64,000 bases of DNA from an uncultured Fibrobacterota bacterium (GCA_963753345.1 CAVWBU010000032.1:1-64000), one strand, 5' to 3'. Numbered from the stretch's first letter, positions 39,937-51,005 are shown. A program made the numbers and translations. The notes: a model not told the origin generated them from the letters alone.

Positions 39937-42736
39937 ATGACTCACAAAACAATTCTTTCAGCTGCCATTTGTATTGCGCTGGCGGCCTCATTTTGTCGGG
40001 CCGAAACCTATTCGCCCGATCCGTCGATCCGGCTCAAGATCAACCTGGGCGCGACGCCGTGGAAGTTCAACATCGGCGACCCCGTGGGAGCCTCCACCGT
40101 CGCTTTCAGCGACGCGGCGTGGACCACCGTTGGCATCCCGTACACATGGGCCGACATGCAGTCGTTTCTCAACATGGCCTCGGGCGGGCCGGGCAACGGC
40201 ATAGGCGCAATCGTCTGGTACCGGAAGCACTTCACCCTTGACAATGCGTATTCCTCGCGGAAGATTTTCGTCGAATTCGAGGGCGCGCATATCGGCGCGC
40301 AGGTGTGGATCAACGGCACCATGATAAAAACCAACAGCGCATTCAATCCGCAGGCCACCCACGTGATCGGGTTTGAACCCTTTATCGTGGACATCACGCC
40401 CAATGCGGTTCTCGGGGGAGGGGACAACGTTCTGGCGGTCAAGGTGAGCAACGTCGAGGGCTTCTACACGTACCCCCATTTTTCGTGCGAATTCAAGTAC
40501 GGCATGGGTGACGGCGGTCTGTTCAGGCCGGTGTGGATGCACGTCACCAATAAAGTTTATGTGCCGAACAACGTGTACTCGGTTGTCAACAACTGGGGCA
40601 CGTATGTCGCGGCAATCACCGCCACCGACGCCTCGGCGGACGTGAAGATTCTTACGCATGTCCAGAACGCAAGCGGCGCCGCTGCCACCGTCACCCTCAC
40701 CACAAAGATCGTGGAGGCCGCCACCGGCATCGTGGCATGGAGCGGGGACATGACGCAGGCGATAAGCGCGGACAGCAGTTTTGTTTTCGACCAGACCGCC
40801 ACCGTGCTCAATCCCAAGCTGTGGTATCCCGCCGCCAGTCCCTGGGGCAAGCCCAACATGTACCGGGTTTACCATATTGTCAAGATCGGCGCAACGACGG
40901 TTGACATTTTTGAAAGCCCGCTCGGTATACGGGTGATAACCTGGAACAACGATTGCCCTGTTATCAACGGCCACCCGCATTACGCGCCGGGCGGCGCCTC
41001 GCGGTACGATTATCCCGCGCTCGGCTCGGCCGTGCCCGAAGAAGTGCAATGGCGCGACGCGAAACTGATGGCCGACTGCGGGGGCAGCCTCTGGAGGCCG
41101 GGACATGCCACAAGCAGTTCCGAATTCGTGGCAGCGTGCGATGCGTACGGCGTCATGCTGATGCAGCCCAGCGGCGACATCGAGGGAAGTTTCATGACAT
41201 CCCAGATAGCGCCGTGGACCGCAAACTACAATGCCGGACTCAAGTACGAAACCCACAGGGACATGCTCATACGGGACAGGAACAATCCTTCGATACTTGC
41301 ATGGGAAGTGAGCAACGGCCCCATCGATATCGATTTTGCAAAAGCAATTCGTTCACAGTTGGACAGCGTATGGGACCCGGTTCACACCCGCGCCAGCTCC
41401 GATCGGGGCTACTGGCCCGACGTTCCCAATGTGCAAGCCGGCGCCACCAGCATCATTTCCTGCTCGGGCGCAGGCTGCGCCACGCCGTTCCATCAACAAT
41501 ATCCCACCATACCTACCTGGGGCGCCGAGGAATGGGGCGCAGGCACGGACTTCAGGTTCGACTACGATGGCGAGCTCGCCTTCGCGAACGGGTATGTGAA
41601 TAACTGGAGAACCATGACGAAGGCTCATGTCTTCGGCTATACCCAGTGGTACATGGCCGAAACGCCGGGAGAAAACGGCATCGGCCGGTCGTTCGGCTGC
41701 GCAATGATGGACTGGAACCGCCTTCCCAAAATGCTGTACAAGATCTTTCAGGCGTGCTGGAACAATTATTCGGTGAAGCCTGTTGTCAACCTTGCGAACC
41801 ACTGGAACCGCGGGGGCGCGGTGACGGTAAACGCGTTTTCCAACTGTCCGAGCGTCCGGCTCAGCATCAACGGCGTCAGCCAGGGGACCCAAACGCCGTA
41901 TCCGGACACGGTGGGCACCGCGCTGCTTCCCGGCCAGTGCCAGTGGAACGTGAACTGGGCATCGGGAACGCTCCTGGCCGAGGGACTTGACGCCAGCGGA
42001 ACCGTGGTCTGTTCCGACCAGAAGAAAACCGCGGGCGCGCCCGCGTGCGTCGCGCTGACCGTTTTGCCGCCGATTGTCCGGCCCGACAACGGCGACACGT
42101 TCAAAATCTACGCCAACGGTTCCGATGCGGCCATTTTCCAGGCCACCATTGTCGACGCTCAGGGAAACTGGTGCCCAACGTCAAGCCCCAACGTTACCTT
42201 TGCCGCTTACCACTCCCACGACCGGCAATTACCGGGGCGGCGCGGACAACAATATTTACAACGGGACGCCTTCCCATTCGCCCGGCGATTACGAATTGGC
42301 GGCTGAGGGAGGCATGTGCAAGGTGGCGGTGCGCTCGACATTCACCCCGGGAACGGTCACCGTGACCGCCAATTCACCCGGGTTGTGCCAGGGCACCGCT
42401 TCGGTCACCACGGTTGCGATGCCGCCGATTCCATCGGTTTCGGTGCAGGTCCCCGTGTGCGGTCAGAAGGTCTGTGCCGCTGCAACGGTGCAGATGCGGA
42501 TGATAGGCCGCACGCTGCGGTATTTCCTCAACGTGCCCGCCATGGTGACGTTCGACATTCTCGACGCGGGCGGCAGGGTGGTTCGTCATGTCGCGCGTTT
42601 CAGGCAGACGGAAGGCTGGCACCCGCTGATCCTTGGTGATGGGACGAGCGGCGCCGGCGGCGACGGTGTTTACTTTGTACGGTGCAGTGTGGATCAGGGG
42701 AGCAGTTTTGTGAAGAGGGTGATAGTGTTGAAATAA
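39937..42736 (+). CDS. secreted GH2-family glycoside hydrolase, copy 2; frameshift near 42200
   Basis: collinear with copy 1; C-terminus in ORF 42074..42736. Confidence 0.85.
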
Positions 42737-42756
42737 TAAGCGAGAATAGGATTTAT

Positions 42757-43290
42757 GGGGGGATGTTTCCCCCTCGCTGCGGCCTCCTCGGCCTTCGGCC
42801 TGCGGTGTCCTCCGCTACCCCCTCGTGGGTAGCCCCCAAGGGAGTTGATTTGCAAGAAAGAAACATCTGCTGCGGGGGCACCGAGAAAGAGAGTTGAATA
42901 GTTGAAAAGCCAAGAATCCAAGAGCAAAAAACGAAAAAAGAACCATCATTCTTGTTTTTTCAGCCACATAGTGGCGCGATATTCTTAGCCCGGGGCAACG
43001 CCCCGGGAATGTAAAGATAACAACGTCATTTCCCCTCTCCACTTGTGGAGAGGGGTGGCCGCGAAAGCGGCCGGGGTGAGGCGACGGTTCTGAGCATTCC
43101 GATTTGCGCAAGGAAGTAAATCGACTGAATAGAATTCTGTTGCCGCGCGCTAGGCAGGACCGGAGTGGTCCCGCCGTGGCGGGATTGCCGGCCGACCCCT
43201 CGCCGAAGGCGACTCGGGGCGGATCGGCAACGAGGCGAACAGCCGAGCCCGGAGGGAGGGCCGCCGCCGCGAAGCGGCGGGGCGCACAAG
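42757..43290 (+). repeat. composite element A (42757-42890) + extra hairpins + B (43141-43290)
   Basis: as above, with nested cccggggcaacgccccggg and cccctctcc hairpins. Confidence 0.85.
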
Positions 43291-43345
43291 TTCTTGCTAT
43301 TTAAGAATTGAAAAATATTATAACACAAAAAGGGGGAAGGCAAGC

Positions 43346-46138
43346 ATGATTCACAAAACAATTGTTTCAGCGGCGATAATTCTTGCTCTGGCGGCCTCAT
43401 TCTGCCGCGCAGAAACCTACGTCCCGGATCCTTCTATCCGGCTCAAGATCAACCTGGGCGCCACGCCATGGAAGTTCACGAAAGGCGACCCGATAAGCGC
43501 GCAAACCGTGGCCTACAGCGACGCGGCATGGCGAACCGTGGGAATTCCCTACACCTGGGACGATTCCTGCTCGTTTCTCAACATGGACGCTGGAGGCCCG
43601 GACGCCAACCTGAGCACCGTCGCCTGGTACCGGAAGCATTTTACGCTTGACAATTCGTATTCATCGCACAAGATCTTCGTCGAATTCGAGGGCGCGCATC
43701 AGGCCGCCGCCGTCTACATCAACGGCACCTTTATCAAAAACAACGACACCCTCAATCCGAATGCCACGCATGTCGTCGGCTTTATCCCTTTTATCGTGGA
43801 CCTCACGCCGTACGTCCAGTTCGGCGGCCCCGACAACGTTCTTGCGGTGAAGGTGAGCAATGCGGGCGGCGGCTTTTACCAGGACCCCGGTTTTGCCGAG
43901 GCCTACAAGTACGGCATGGGCGACGGCGGGTTGTTCAGGCCCGTGTGGATGCATGTGACGAACAAGGTGTATGTTCCCGTCAACGTATACTCGGTTGTCA
44001 ACAACTGGGGAACCTACGTGGGGATCGTCTCGGCCACCGACGCTTCGGCGACGCTCCGCATCCTCACGCACGTGCAGAACGAGAGCGGCGGCGCTCAAAC
44101 CGTCACCCTCACCACCAAGGTGGTCGATTCGGCAAACGTGGTCGTGCTCAGCATGGACGCGACCCAGGCCATTCCCGCCGACAGCAGCTTTGTATTCGAT
44201 CAGACCGGCGATGTCGCCAGCCCGCACCTGTGGTATCCGGCCAACAGCCCATGGGGCAAGCCGTACATGTACAAGGTATACCATATTGTCAAGCTCGGCG
44301 GCGCGACCGTCGACGTTTTCAGGAGTCCGCTGGGCATTCGCGTCATCACCTGGAACAGCGACTTCCCGATTATCAACGGGCATCCGCATTACCTGTGGGG
44401 CGGCGCGTCGCGGTACGATTATCCCGCACTGGGCACCGCCGTGCCCGAAGAAGTGCAATGGCGCGACGCCAAGCTCATGGCCGACTGCGGCGGCAACCTG
44501 TGGCGGCCCGGACACGCCACGGCCAGCCCGGAATTCACGGCCGCCTGCGACGCGTACGGCGTCATGATCGTTCAGCCGAGCGGCGACATCGAAGGAAATT
44601 TCCAGACCGTCTATATCGCCAGTCCCACCACCAAGGTGCCTCTCAAAAAGGAATTGCACAGGGACATGATAATCCGCGACCGGAACAATCCCTCGATTCT
44701 GGCCTGGGAAGTGAGCAACGGCCCCATCGACTTTGATCTTGAGAAATACATACGGATCAACATCGACAGCGTGTGGGACCCCGTTCATACCCGCGCGATG
44801 TCCGACCGTGGGTATTGGCCGGACATTCCGGCGTTTACTGCGGGTATTGCGAGCACCATTTCCTGCTCGGCCACGGGCTGCGAGATTCCGTTCCACCAGC
44901 AGTATCCCGCCATTCCCTCCTGGGGCGCCGAGTCGTGGAGCGGCAACAACAAGGGATTCAGGTTTGATTACGACAACGAGCTCACCATCGCGAGTCTCTA
45001 TATCCAGAACTGGAAGCTCAGCAAGAATGCAAAGTGCTTCGGCCTTGTCCAATGGTATATGGCCGAAACGCCCGGCGAAAGCGGCATCGGCAGATCGTTC
45101 GGGACCGCGATGATGGATTGGAACCGCATTCCCAAAATGATGTACAAGATTTATCAGGCATGCTGGACCTACTACGCGGTGAAACCGGTTGTAAACCTCG
45201 CCTACCACTGGAATCGCGGCGGGGCCGTGACGGTGAACGCGTTTTCCAACTGTCCGAGCGTGCGGCTCAGGATAAACGGCGCGGACCAGGGCACAAGGGT
45301 TCCCTACCCGGACACGGGCACCGGCACCGCGCTCATGCCCACCCAATGCCAGTGGAACGTTACCTTCGCGGCCGGAGTGCTCCGGGCGGAAGGACTTGAC
45401 GCAGGCGGGAACGTGGTGTGCACCGATTCGGAAATAACCGCCGGCAACGCGGACCACATCCAGCTCACCGTCCTGCCGCCCATCGTGAGGCCCGACGATG
45501 GCACGACGTTCCAGATCCAGGCCAACGGCACCGATGCCGCCTTGATTCTCGCCAAGATTGTTGACGCCCAGAACAATTGGATTCCCACGGCAAGCAACAA
45601 CGTCACGTTCGCGGTGAGCGGCCCCGGGTACTACTGCGGCGGCGCGGACAACAACACCTCGGGCGGCGGAGCATACCATCATGCGCCGTTCGACCCCGAG
45701 CTCACCGCCGAAGGCGGCATGTGCAAGATCGCGGTGCGGTCGACGTTTACGCCGGGAACGGTGGGCGTCACTGCCACGTCCGGCGGGCTTTCGGGCACTG
45801 CCTCGTTCACCACGGTTGCGATGCCGCCGATTCCGTCGGTGGGCGTGATAAGCCCGGTGCACCATCAGGAGGTCTATGCCGCCGCGACGGTGCAGATGCG
45901 GATGATCGGCCGCACCCTGCGGTATTTCCTCAATGTGCCCGCAACGGTGTCGTTCGACATTCTCGACGCAGGCGGCAGGGTGGTAAAACATGTTGATCAT
46001 TTCAAGCAGGTTGAAGGGTGGCATCCGCTGGTTCTTGGCGACGGATTGACGGGTGCGAACGCTAATGGCGTTTACTTTGTGCGCTGCAGCGTGGATCAGG
46101 GGGGCAGTTTTGTGAAGAGGGTAATTGTCATTAAGTAA
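43346..46138 (+). CDS. secreted GH2-family glycoside hydrolase, copy 3
   Basis: collinear with copies 1 and 2. Confidence 0.88.
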   Translation: MIHKTIVSAAIILALAASFCRAETYVPDPSIRLKINLGATPWKFTKGDPISAQTVAYSDAAWRTVGIPYTWDDSCSFLNMDAGGPDANLSTVAWYRKHFTLDNSYSSHKIFVEFEGAHQAAAVYINGTFIKNNDTLNPNATHVVGFIPFIVDLTPYVQFGGPDNVLAVKVSNAGGGFYQDPGFAEAYKYGMGDGGLFRPVWMHVTNKVYVPVNVYSVVNNWGTYVGIVSATDASATLRILTHVQNESGGAQTVTLTTKVVDSANVVVLSMDATQAIPADSSFVFDQTGDVASPHLWYPANSPWGKPYMYKVYHIVKLGGATVDVFRSPLGIRVITWNSDFPIINGHPHYLWGGASRYDYPALGTAVPEEVQWRDAKLMADCGGNLWRPGHATASPEFTAACDAYGVMIVQPSGDIEGNFQTVYIASPTTKVPLKKELHRDMIIRDRNNPSILAWEVSNGPIDFDLEKYIRINIDSVWDPVHTRAMSDRGYWPDIPAFTAGIASTISCSATGCEIPFHQQYPAIPSWGAESWSGNNKGFRFDYDNELTIASLYIQNWKLSKNAKCFGLVQWYMAETPGESGIGRSFGTAMMDWNRIPKMMYKIYQACWTYYAVKPVVNLAYHWNRGGAVTVNAFSNCPSVRLRINGADQGTRVPYPDTGTGTALMPTQCQWNVTFAAGVLRAEGLDAGGNVVCTDSEITAGNADHIQLTVLPPIVRPDDGTTFQIQANGTDAALILAKIVDAQNNWIPTASNNVTFAVSGPGYYCGGADNNTSGGGAYHHAPFDPELTAEGGMCKIAVRSTFTPGTVGVTATSGGLSGTASFTTVAMPPIPSVGVISPVHHQEVYAAATVQMRMIGRTLRYFLNVPATVSFDILDAGGRVVKHVDHFKQVEGWHPLVLGDGLTGANANGVYFVRCSVDQGGSFVKRVIVIK

Positions 46139-46157
46139 TTGACAAGAGCCTCTAGGA

Positions 46158-46610
46158 GGGGGAAGTCTCCCCCTCGCTTCAGACCGGCGCGCGATTCTTG
46201 AGTCCCTTGAGACCGTCAATCGCGCGCCGTTCTTTCGCTACCCCCTCCTGGGTGGCCGCCTTGACAAAGCAGATGCTGGAACATGTATTGCTGCGGCGGC
46301 ACCCACGAGCGATAGTTGAAAAGAAAATGCGTTGAAGAGTTGAAACGTTGAATAGTTGAACAATCAAAGAAGAAGCCATCACTGATTTATTGCGGATATC
46401 GAATGGCGCGGGACGAGGTAATTGACAGAATAGATCTCCTCTGCCGCGCGTTAGGGGCGACTGGAGGCCGCGCTGGAGCGCGGTGCTGCCTGACCACGGC
46501 CCACAGGGCCATCGTGGCAGGCAGCCCGAGGCCAAAGGCCGAGACCGGAAGGAGAACCGCCCGTACGTAAAGCCGCGGAATTCCGCGGCTTTACGTACGG
46601 GAACGCCCAG
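46158..46610 (+). repeat. composite element A (46158-46310) + B (46441-46610)
   Basis: gggggaagtctccccct...; ctgccgcgcgttagg...gggaacgccca. Confidence 0.85.
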
Positions 46611-46633
46611 ATTTCTTTCCAAAGGGAACTTTA

Positions 46634-48040
46634 TTATTTAGCAAGATCCTCAATCATACTCTTCGCCGCATTTCTCCCCGCGCCCATTGCGAGTATGACT
46701 GTTGCCGCTCCGGTCACAATGTCGCCGCCGGCGTACACAAACTTCTTTGATGTCCTGCCGTCGGCCTCGGTCGCGACAATGGTGCCGTGCTTGGTGACGG
46801 CGATGTCGGGCGTGGTTTCGCGGATGAGCGGATTGGTGCTGTTGCCGATCGCGACGATCACCACGTCGCAGGGGATGTCGAATTCGCTGCCCTTGAGCGG
46901 CACGGGCCTCTTGCGGCCCGATTCGTCGGGCGCGCCCAGCTCCATGTGCAGGCACCGCATGCCGGTGACGAAGCCCTTGTCGTCCGCGAGTATGGCAACG
47001 GGATTGGTGAGCAGGCGGAACACAATGCCCTCCTGCTTTGCGTGGTGCACCTCTGCGCTGCGTGCGGGCATTTCAGCCTCGGTGCGGCGGTATACTATGG
47101 TGGAGGTCTCTGCGCCCAGCCGCAGCGCGGTGCGCGCGGCGTCCATTGCAACGTTGCCGCCGCCAACGGTGATTACGCGCCTGCCGCGGATGATGGGCGT
47201 GTCCGCGCCCGGCTTGTACGCCTTCATGAGATTGCTGCGCGTGAGGTATTCGTTCGCCGTGTACACGCCGACGCTGTTTTCGCCCGGGACGCGCAGAAAC
47301 ACGGGCAGGCCAGCGCCCGCGCCGATGAATATCGCCGCGTATCCCTCTTCGGTAAGCAGGCCGTCTATGGTGGCGGTCCTGCCCACGATAAAATTGCGCT
47401 CCACGCACACGCCGAGCCGCTCCAGCCAGCCGATCTCCTTTTTGACAATGTCCTTGGGGAGCCGAAATTCCGGGATGCCGTAGGTGAGCACGCCTCCGGC
47501 CTCGTGGAACGCCTCGAACACGGTCACGTCGAATCCCTCTTTGACAAGTTCGCCGGCGGCGGTGAGGCCTGCCGGGCCCGAGCCCACCACGCCCGCCTTT
47601 TTCCCGTTTTTCGGCTTCACCGCGGGAACCGCGGAACCGCCATGCGCCATTTCCCAGTCGGCCGCGAAACGCTCGAGCCCGCCGATATTGATGGCATCGC
47701 CTTTCTTTCCGAGAATGCATTTCGCCTCGCACTGCGTTTCCTGCGGACACACCCGGCCGCATACCGCGGGCAGCGAGTTCGTCTCCCGTATCTTTTGGGC
47801 CGCCTTGGCGAATTTTCCCTCGGAAACCAGCTTCACGAACTGCGGGATCGCGACGCTCACCGGGCACCCTTCCACGCACAGCGGCTTTGTGCATTGGAGG
47901 CAGCGCTTCGCCTCGGCAATTGCCTCGGCCTCGGTGTAGCCGAGCGGAACTTCGTCGAAGTTCCGCGCCCGGACCTTCGGATCCTGTTCCCTCATGGGCA
48001 TGCGCCTGGCGCGCGCTGGTGTTGCGGGTTTTTGCGTCAT
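46634..48040 (-). CDS. nfnB: NfnB / GltD-like NADPH oxidoreductase
   Basis: EAKRCLQC..CVEGCPV, CGRVCPQETQCE, GSGPAGL, YGIPEFRLP, GGGNVAMD, GGDIVTGAATV. Confidence 0.88.
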   Translation of the reverse strand: MTQKPATPARARRMPMREQDPKVRARNFDEVPLGYTEAEAIAEAKRCLQCTKPLCVEGCPVSVAIPQFVKLVSEGKFAKAAQKIRETNSLPAVCGRVCPQETQCEAKCILGKKGDAINIGGLERFAADWEMAHGGSAVPAVKPKNGKKAGVVGSGPAGLTAAGELVKEGFDVTVFEAFHEAGGVLTYGIPEFRLPKDIVKKEIGWLERLGVCVERNFIVGRTATIDGLLTEEGYAAIFIGAGAGLPVFLRVPGENSVGVYTANEYLTRSNLMKAYKPGADTPIIRGRRVITVGGGNVAMDAARTALRLGAETSTIVYRRTEAEMPARSAEVHHAKQEGIVFRLLTNPVAILADDKGFVTGMRCLHMELGAPDESGRKRPVPLKGSEFDIPCDVVIVAIGNSTNPLIRETTPDIAVTKHGTIVATEADGRTSKKFVYAGGDIVTGAATVILAMGAGRNAAKSMIEDLAK

Positions 48041-48879
48041 GCCGGCCTGCCTGTCACGATGCAATGGTGCTTTTCGAGCGCGCTCTTTTCAAACGTGCGG
48101 TAGCCGCTTTGCCGCCGCATCATTTCGTCCCAGTCTATTTTGCTCGCGTCGAATTCCGGTCCGTCAACGCACGCGAATTTCGTCTCGTTGCCCACGGTCA
48201 CGCGGCACCCGCCGCACATGCCTGTGCCGTCGATCATGATGGGGTTGAGGGAGACCATTGTTTTTATTCCCGCGGTCACGGTGATGCCGGAGGTGACCTT
48301 CATCATCATGGCCGGCCCGATAATCACGCTGAAGTCGAATTTCGCGCCGCCATCGATGAGTTTCTTGGCGCTGTCTGCGGCAAATCCCTTTTCGCCGCGC
48401 GAGCCGTCGTCGGTGCATACGATGACGCGCTCAGAAACCTGCTTCATTTCATTCTCCAGTAAGAGCAAATTCGCGGCGCGGGCCGCCAATATTGTCGTGA
48501 TTTCGTTTCCGGCGTCTTTAAGGGCAGTAACAATCGGATACAACGGTGCTGCGCCGACCCCGCCGCCGATGCACAGGCATTTGCCGAAGTGCTCGATGCG
48601 CGTGGGCCTGCCGAGCGGCCCGGCAAGGTCGATAATGTTGTCGCCTTCGACAAGGATCGAAAGGATCGTGGTGGATTTTCCCGCGACCTGGAAAATAAGC
48701 TCGATCCAGCCTTCGGCCGCGTTCGCGTTTGCGATGGTGAGGGGGATGCGCTCGCCCTCGGTGGTGGCGCGCACGATCACGAACTGCCCGGCTTTTCGCA
48801 TCCTTGCAATGCGCGGCGCGTCGACCCGGTAGCGGTAGACAAGTTCGGAGAGCTGTTCTTTCTTGATGATTCTCTGCAT
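48037..48879 (-). CDS. nfnA: NfnA (FAD/NAD-binding, 2Fe-2S)
   Basis: AGQFVIVR..GERIPLTI, GPLG, GGGVG, SLNPIMIDGTGMCGGCRV..CVDGPEF; coupled to nfnB. Confidence 0.88.
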   Translation of the reverse strand: MQRIIKKEQLSELVYRYRVDAPRIARMRKAGQFVIVRATTEGERIPLTIANANAAEGWIELIFQVAGKSTTILSILVEGDNIIDLAGPLGRPTRIEHFGKCLCIGGGVGAAPLYPIVTALKDAGNEITTILAARAANLLLLENEMKQVSERVIVCTDDGSRGEKGFAADSAKKLIDGGAKFDFSVIIGPAMMMKVTSGITVTAGIKTMVSLNPIMIDGTGMCGGCRVTVGNETKFACVDGPEFDASKIDWDEMMRRQSGYRTFEKSALEKHHCIVTGRPA

Positions 48880-49036
48880 ATGTAGTAAGAGGGAAAATTA
48901 GTTCATGAGTGAAAATGGGTGGGAGGGAAGTTGGGGGAGATGTTGTCATTACAAGTCAAGAAGTTGGTCTTGGTGGGAGCACCGCTTCGCGTTTCCCCCT
49001 CGCGCCAGTTGTCTACACTCTATCAAATACAAAGAA

Positions 49037-49183
49037 TGGGCGTTCCCCTCGCCTTTGCTCGGGTCGGTCTCCCTCCGGGCTCGGCTATTCGCCTCGTTGC
49101 CGGACCGCCCCGATGGCCTTCGGCCGGGGTCGACCGGCAATTCGCTTTGACTCACCCTACGGTCCACCTAACGCGTGGGCAGA
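49037..49183 (-). repeat. module B (reverse orientation)
   Basis: reverse complement gcgttaggtggaccgtagggtgag...gggagaccgacccgag...gggaacgccc. Confidence 0.85.
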
Positions 49184-49351
49184 GGTTGAGTGCCACATCC
49201 TTTTCTAGGGCTGCCGCATCGTTTCGTCTTGACAATCCGCAATCGACAATGGGAAGGTGGGGCGCCCAGCTTTGTCTTCGTCTATCAAAAACCTTTTATT
49301 GGTGAGAGTTCTACATCCCACCTCCTTTCCGCACGGTTCTATATTTAGACT

Positions 49352-50545
49352 ATGACATCGAACAATCCCGCATCAATCAAACAAGCGTCCCTAAATACTG
49401 CGCGTTGTCTTGCTCTTGCCGGACTATTGATAAGTGCGACACTTTTTTCCTGCGGAAACCCGGCAAGCACCGGAGCCGCCGCCAAGCCGCCTGCTCCGCT
49501 CAGCATCAGGGCAGTCGGCTCGTCCCTGAGCGGCATTTGCGTGACGTGGGTGAGGGTGCTCGACGTCACATCGTACAATGTCTACAGGGGCAGCACCAGC
49601 GACACCGGGGCATCCGTGTTTGTAAAGAAGGTGGCGGCGGACACCTTTTTCGACACAGGCCTGGTCGCCGGAGCATACTATTACTATGAAGTAAGCTGCA
49701 TCAACAGCCTTGGCGAATCGCCGAAGTCGTCGGCCGTCGGCTCGACCACGGGGTTTCCCGGAAACGTGGCGGCGAAGGGGGTTTCCGCATCCGGCATTTC
49801 GGTTACATGGAATCCGGTTGCGGGCGCGGCGTTGTACAATGCGTACCGAAGCGAGTCGGATACGGGCGCGTTTCTCGCCGTGGGGCTGGTTGCAAACGAC
49901 ACCTTTGTCGATACGGGCCTCAGCGCCGGCAAGGTTTACTACTACGAGGTGAGCGCGACCGGCGGTTCGCAGGAGTCGCCGTTGTCGGGGGCGGTGTGGG
50001 GAATCACGATTGCCGCGGCGCCTTTCGGTTTGAAAATTGATTCTGTTTTTGCGAAGACGGCAAGAATCGTATGGCAGGCGGACACGGGCGCGTCCTCGTA
50101 CACGGTGTACAGGAGGCCGAATGACACCGCCGCTTTTGCCGCGGTGGGCGTCAGCGCTTCGGACACGTTTACCGACACAGGCCTTTCCCCGGCGACCCGA
50201 TACTCATACGCGGTCTCGGCGGTGAACCTGTCGGGGGAATCGCAGAAATCCGCGCCTGCAGGACTGCTCACCATTCCCGCCGCGCCGCAGATCGCTGTCG
50301 ATTCGGCCCTGTCGAGTTCGAGCGTGCTTGTACTTTGGAACGCGGTGACGGGTGCGACGGCTTACAGAGTCTACAGGAGAGATTCCACCACGACCGCGTT
50401 CGCGCTCGCGGGCGCAGCCGCATCAGATACGTTCTTTGTCGATACAGGTCTTTCAACCGGTATGAAATATTTTCACGAGGTGACTGCGCTTGACAGTTCG
50501 GGAGAATCCGCGCCGAGCGCGGTTGACAGCGTGACTACGCCATAG
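49352..50545 (+). CDS. fibronectin type III repeat lipoprotein
   Basis: LFSC lipobox; four W..V..A..Y.VYR...F.DTGL....Y.Y.V.A...GES repeats. Confidence 0.85.
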   Translation: MTSNNPASIKQASLNTARCLALAGLLISATLFSCGNPASTGAAAKPPAPLSIRAVGSSLSGICVTWVRVLDVTSYNVYRGSTSDTGASVFVKKVAADTFFDTGLVAGAYYYYEVSCINSLGESPKSSAVGSTTGFPGNVAAKGVSASGISVTWNPVAGAALYNAYRSESDTGAFLAVGLVANDTFVDTGLSAGKVYYYEVSATGGSQESPLSGAVWGITIAAAPFGLKIDSVFAKTARIVWQADTGASSYTVYRRPNDTAAFAAVGVSASDTFTDTGLSPATRYSYAVSAVNLSGESQKSAPAGLLTIPAAPQIAVDSALSSSSVLVLWNAVTGATAYRVYRRDSTTTAFALAGAAASDTFFVDTGLSTGMKYFHEVTALDSSGESAPSAVDSVTTP

Positions 50546-50625
50546 GCGGCGGGGGCTTCACCCCCGCGCCCCGACCTACTTTCTTTCTGCAGCGAAAGAA
50601 AGTAGGCAAAGAACGCCGCGCCTGC
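50546..50625. repeat. hairpin repeat (cctacttttctttc...gaaagaaagtagg)
   Basis: gcgggggcttcacccccgc plus cctacttttctttctgcagcgaaagaaagtagg stems. Confidence 0.7.
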
Positions 50626-50820
50626 AGCGCCGCCTGATCCTTCGGCCGTCGGGCCGCTCGTGAACTCGCCCGGCATGAAGCATCTGCCAAGAACCTTGCG
50701 CTTGTACATGGAAACCCATTCGTCAATACCAAACCTGCCGGGCTCAGACAACACGAGCAGCCAAATCCTCCGGCCTCAGGGTCGGCGCTGATGGCGAAAA
50801 AACAAAAACGGCAATGCTCT

Positions 50821-50962
50821 TCTGCCCAGCGCCAGGGCGGACGGCAGAGTGCGCTGGAGCGCAGGGCTGCCTGACCGCGCCGACAGGCATCGCGGCAGGC
50901 AGCACCGAGGCCTTGGCCGAGCTCGAACGGAGGCCCGCCGTCGCGAAGCGGCGGGGCGCCCA
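50821..50962 (+). repeat. module B variant
   Basis: gcgctggagcg..gctgcctgacc..gcaggcagc..ccgccgtcgcgaagcggcggggcgccca. Confidence 0.75.
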
Positions 50963-51005
50963 CGCTACTCTTATATTGTAAAGCACACTTTTATCAAAGG
51001 TCTCT

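Noticed and set aside
10171-46219. Long antisense ORFs (e.g. 10171..12408, 15615..17324, 36737..38425, 43661..46219)
   Set aside because: Shadow frames of GC-rich real genes, with no recognisable domains.
46634-48040. GltD-like gene as the beta subunit of the Glt trio
   Set aside because: It is translationally coupled to an NfnA homologue, i.e. the standard NfnAB pair, 40 kb away.
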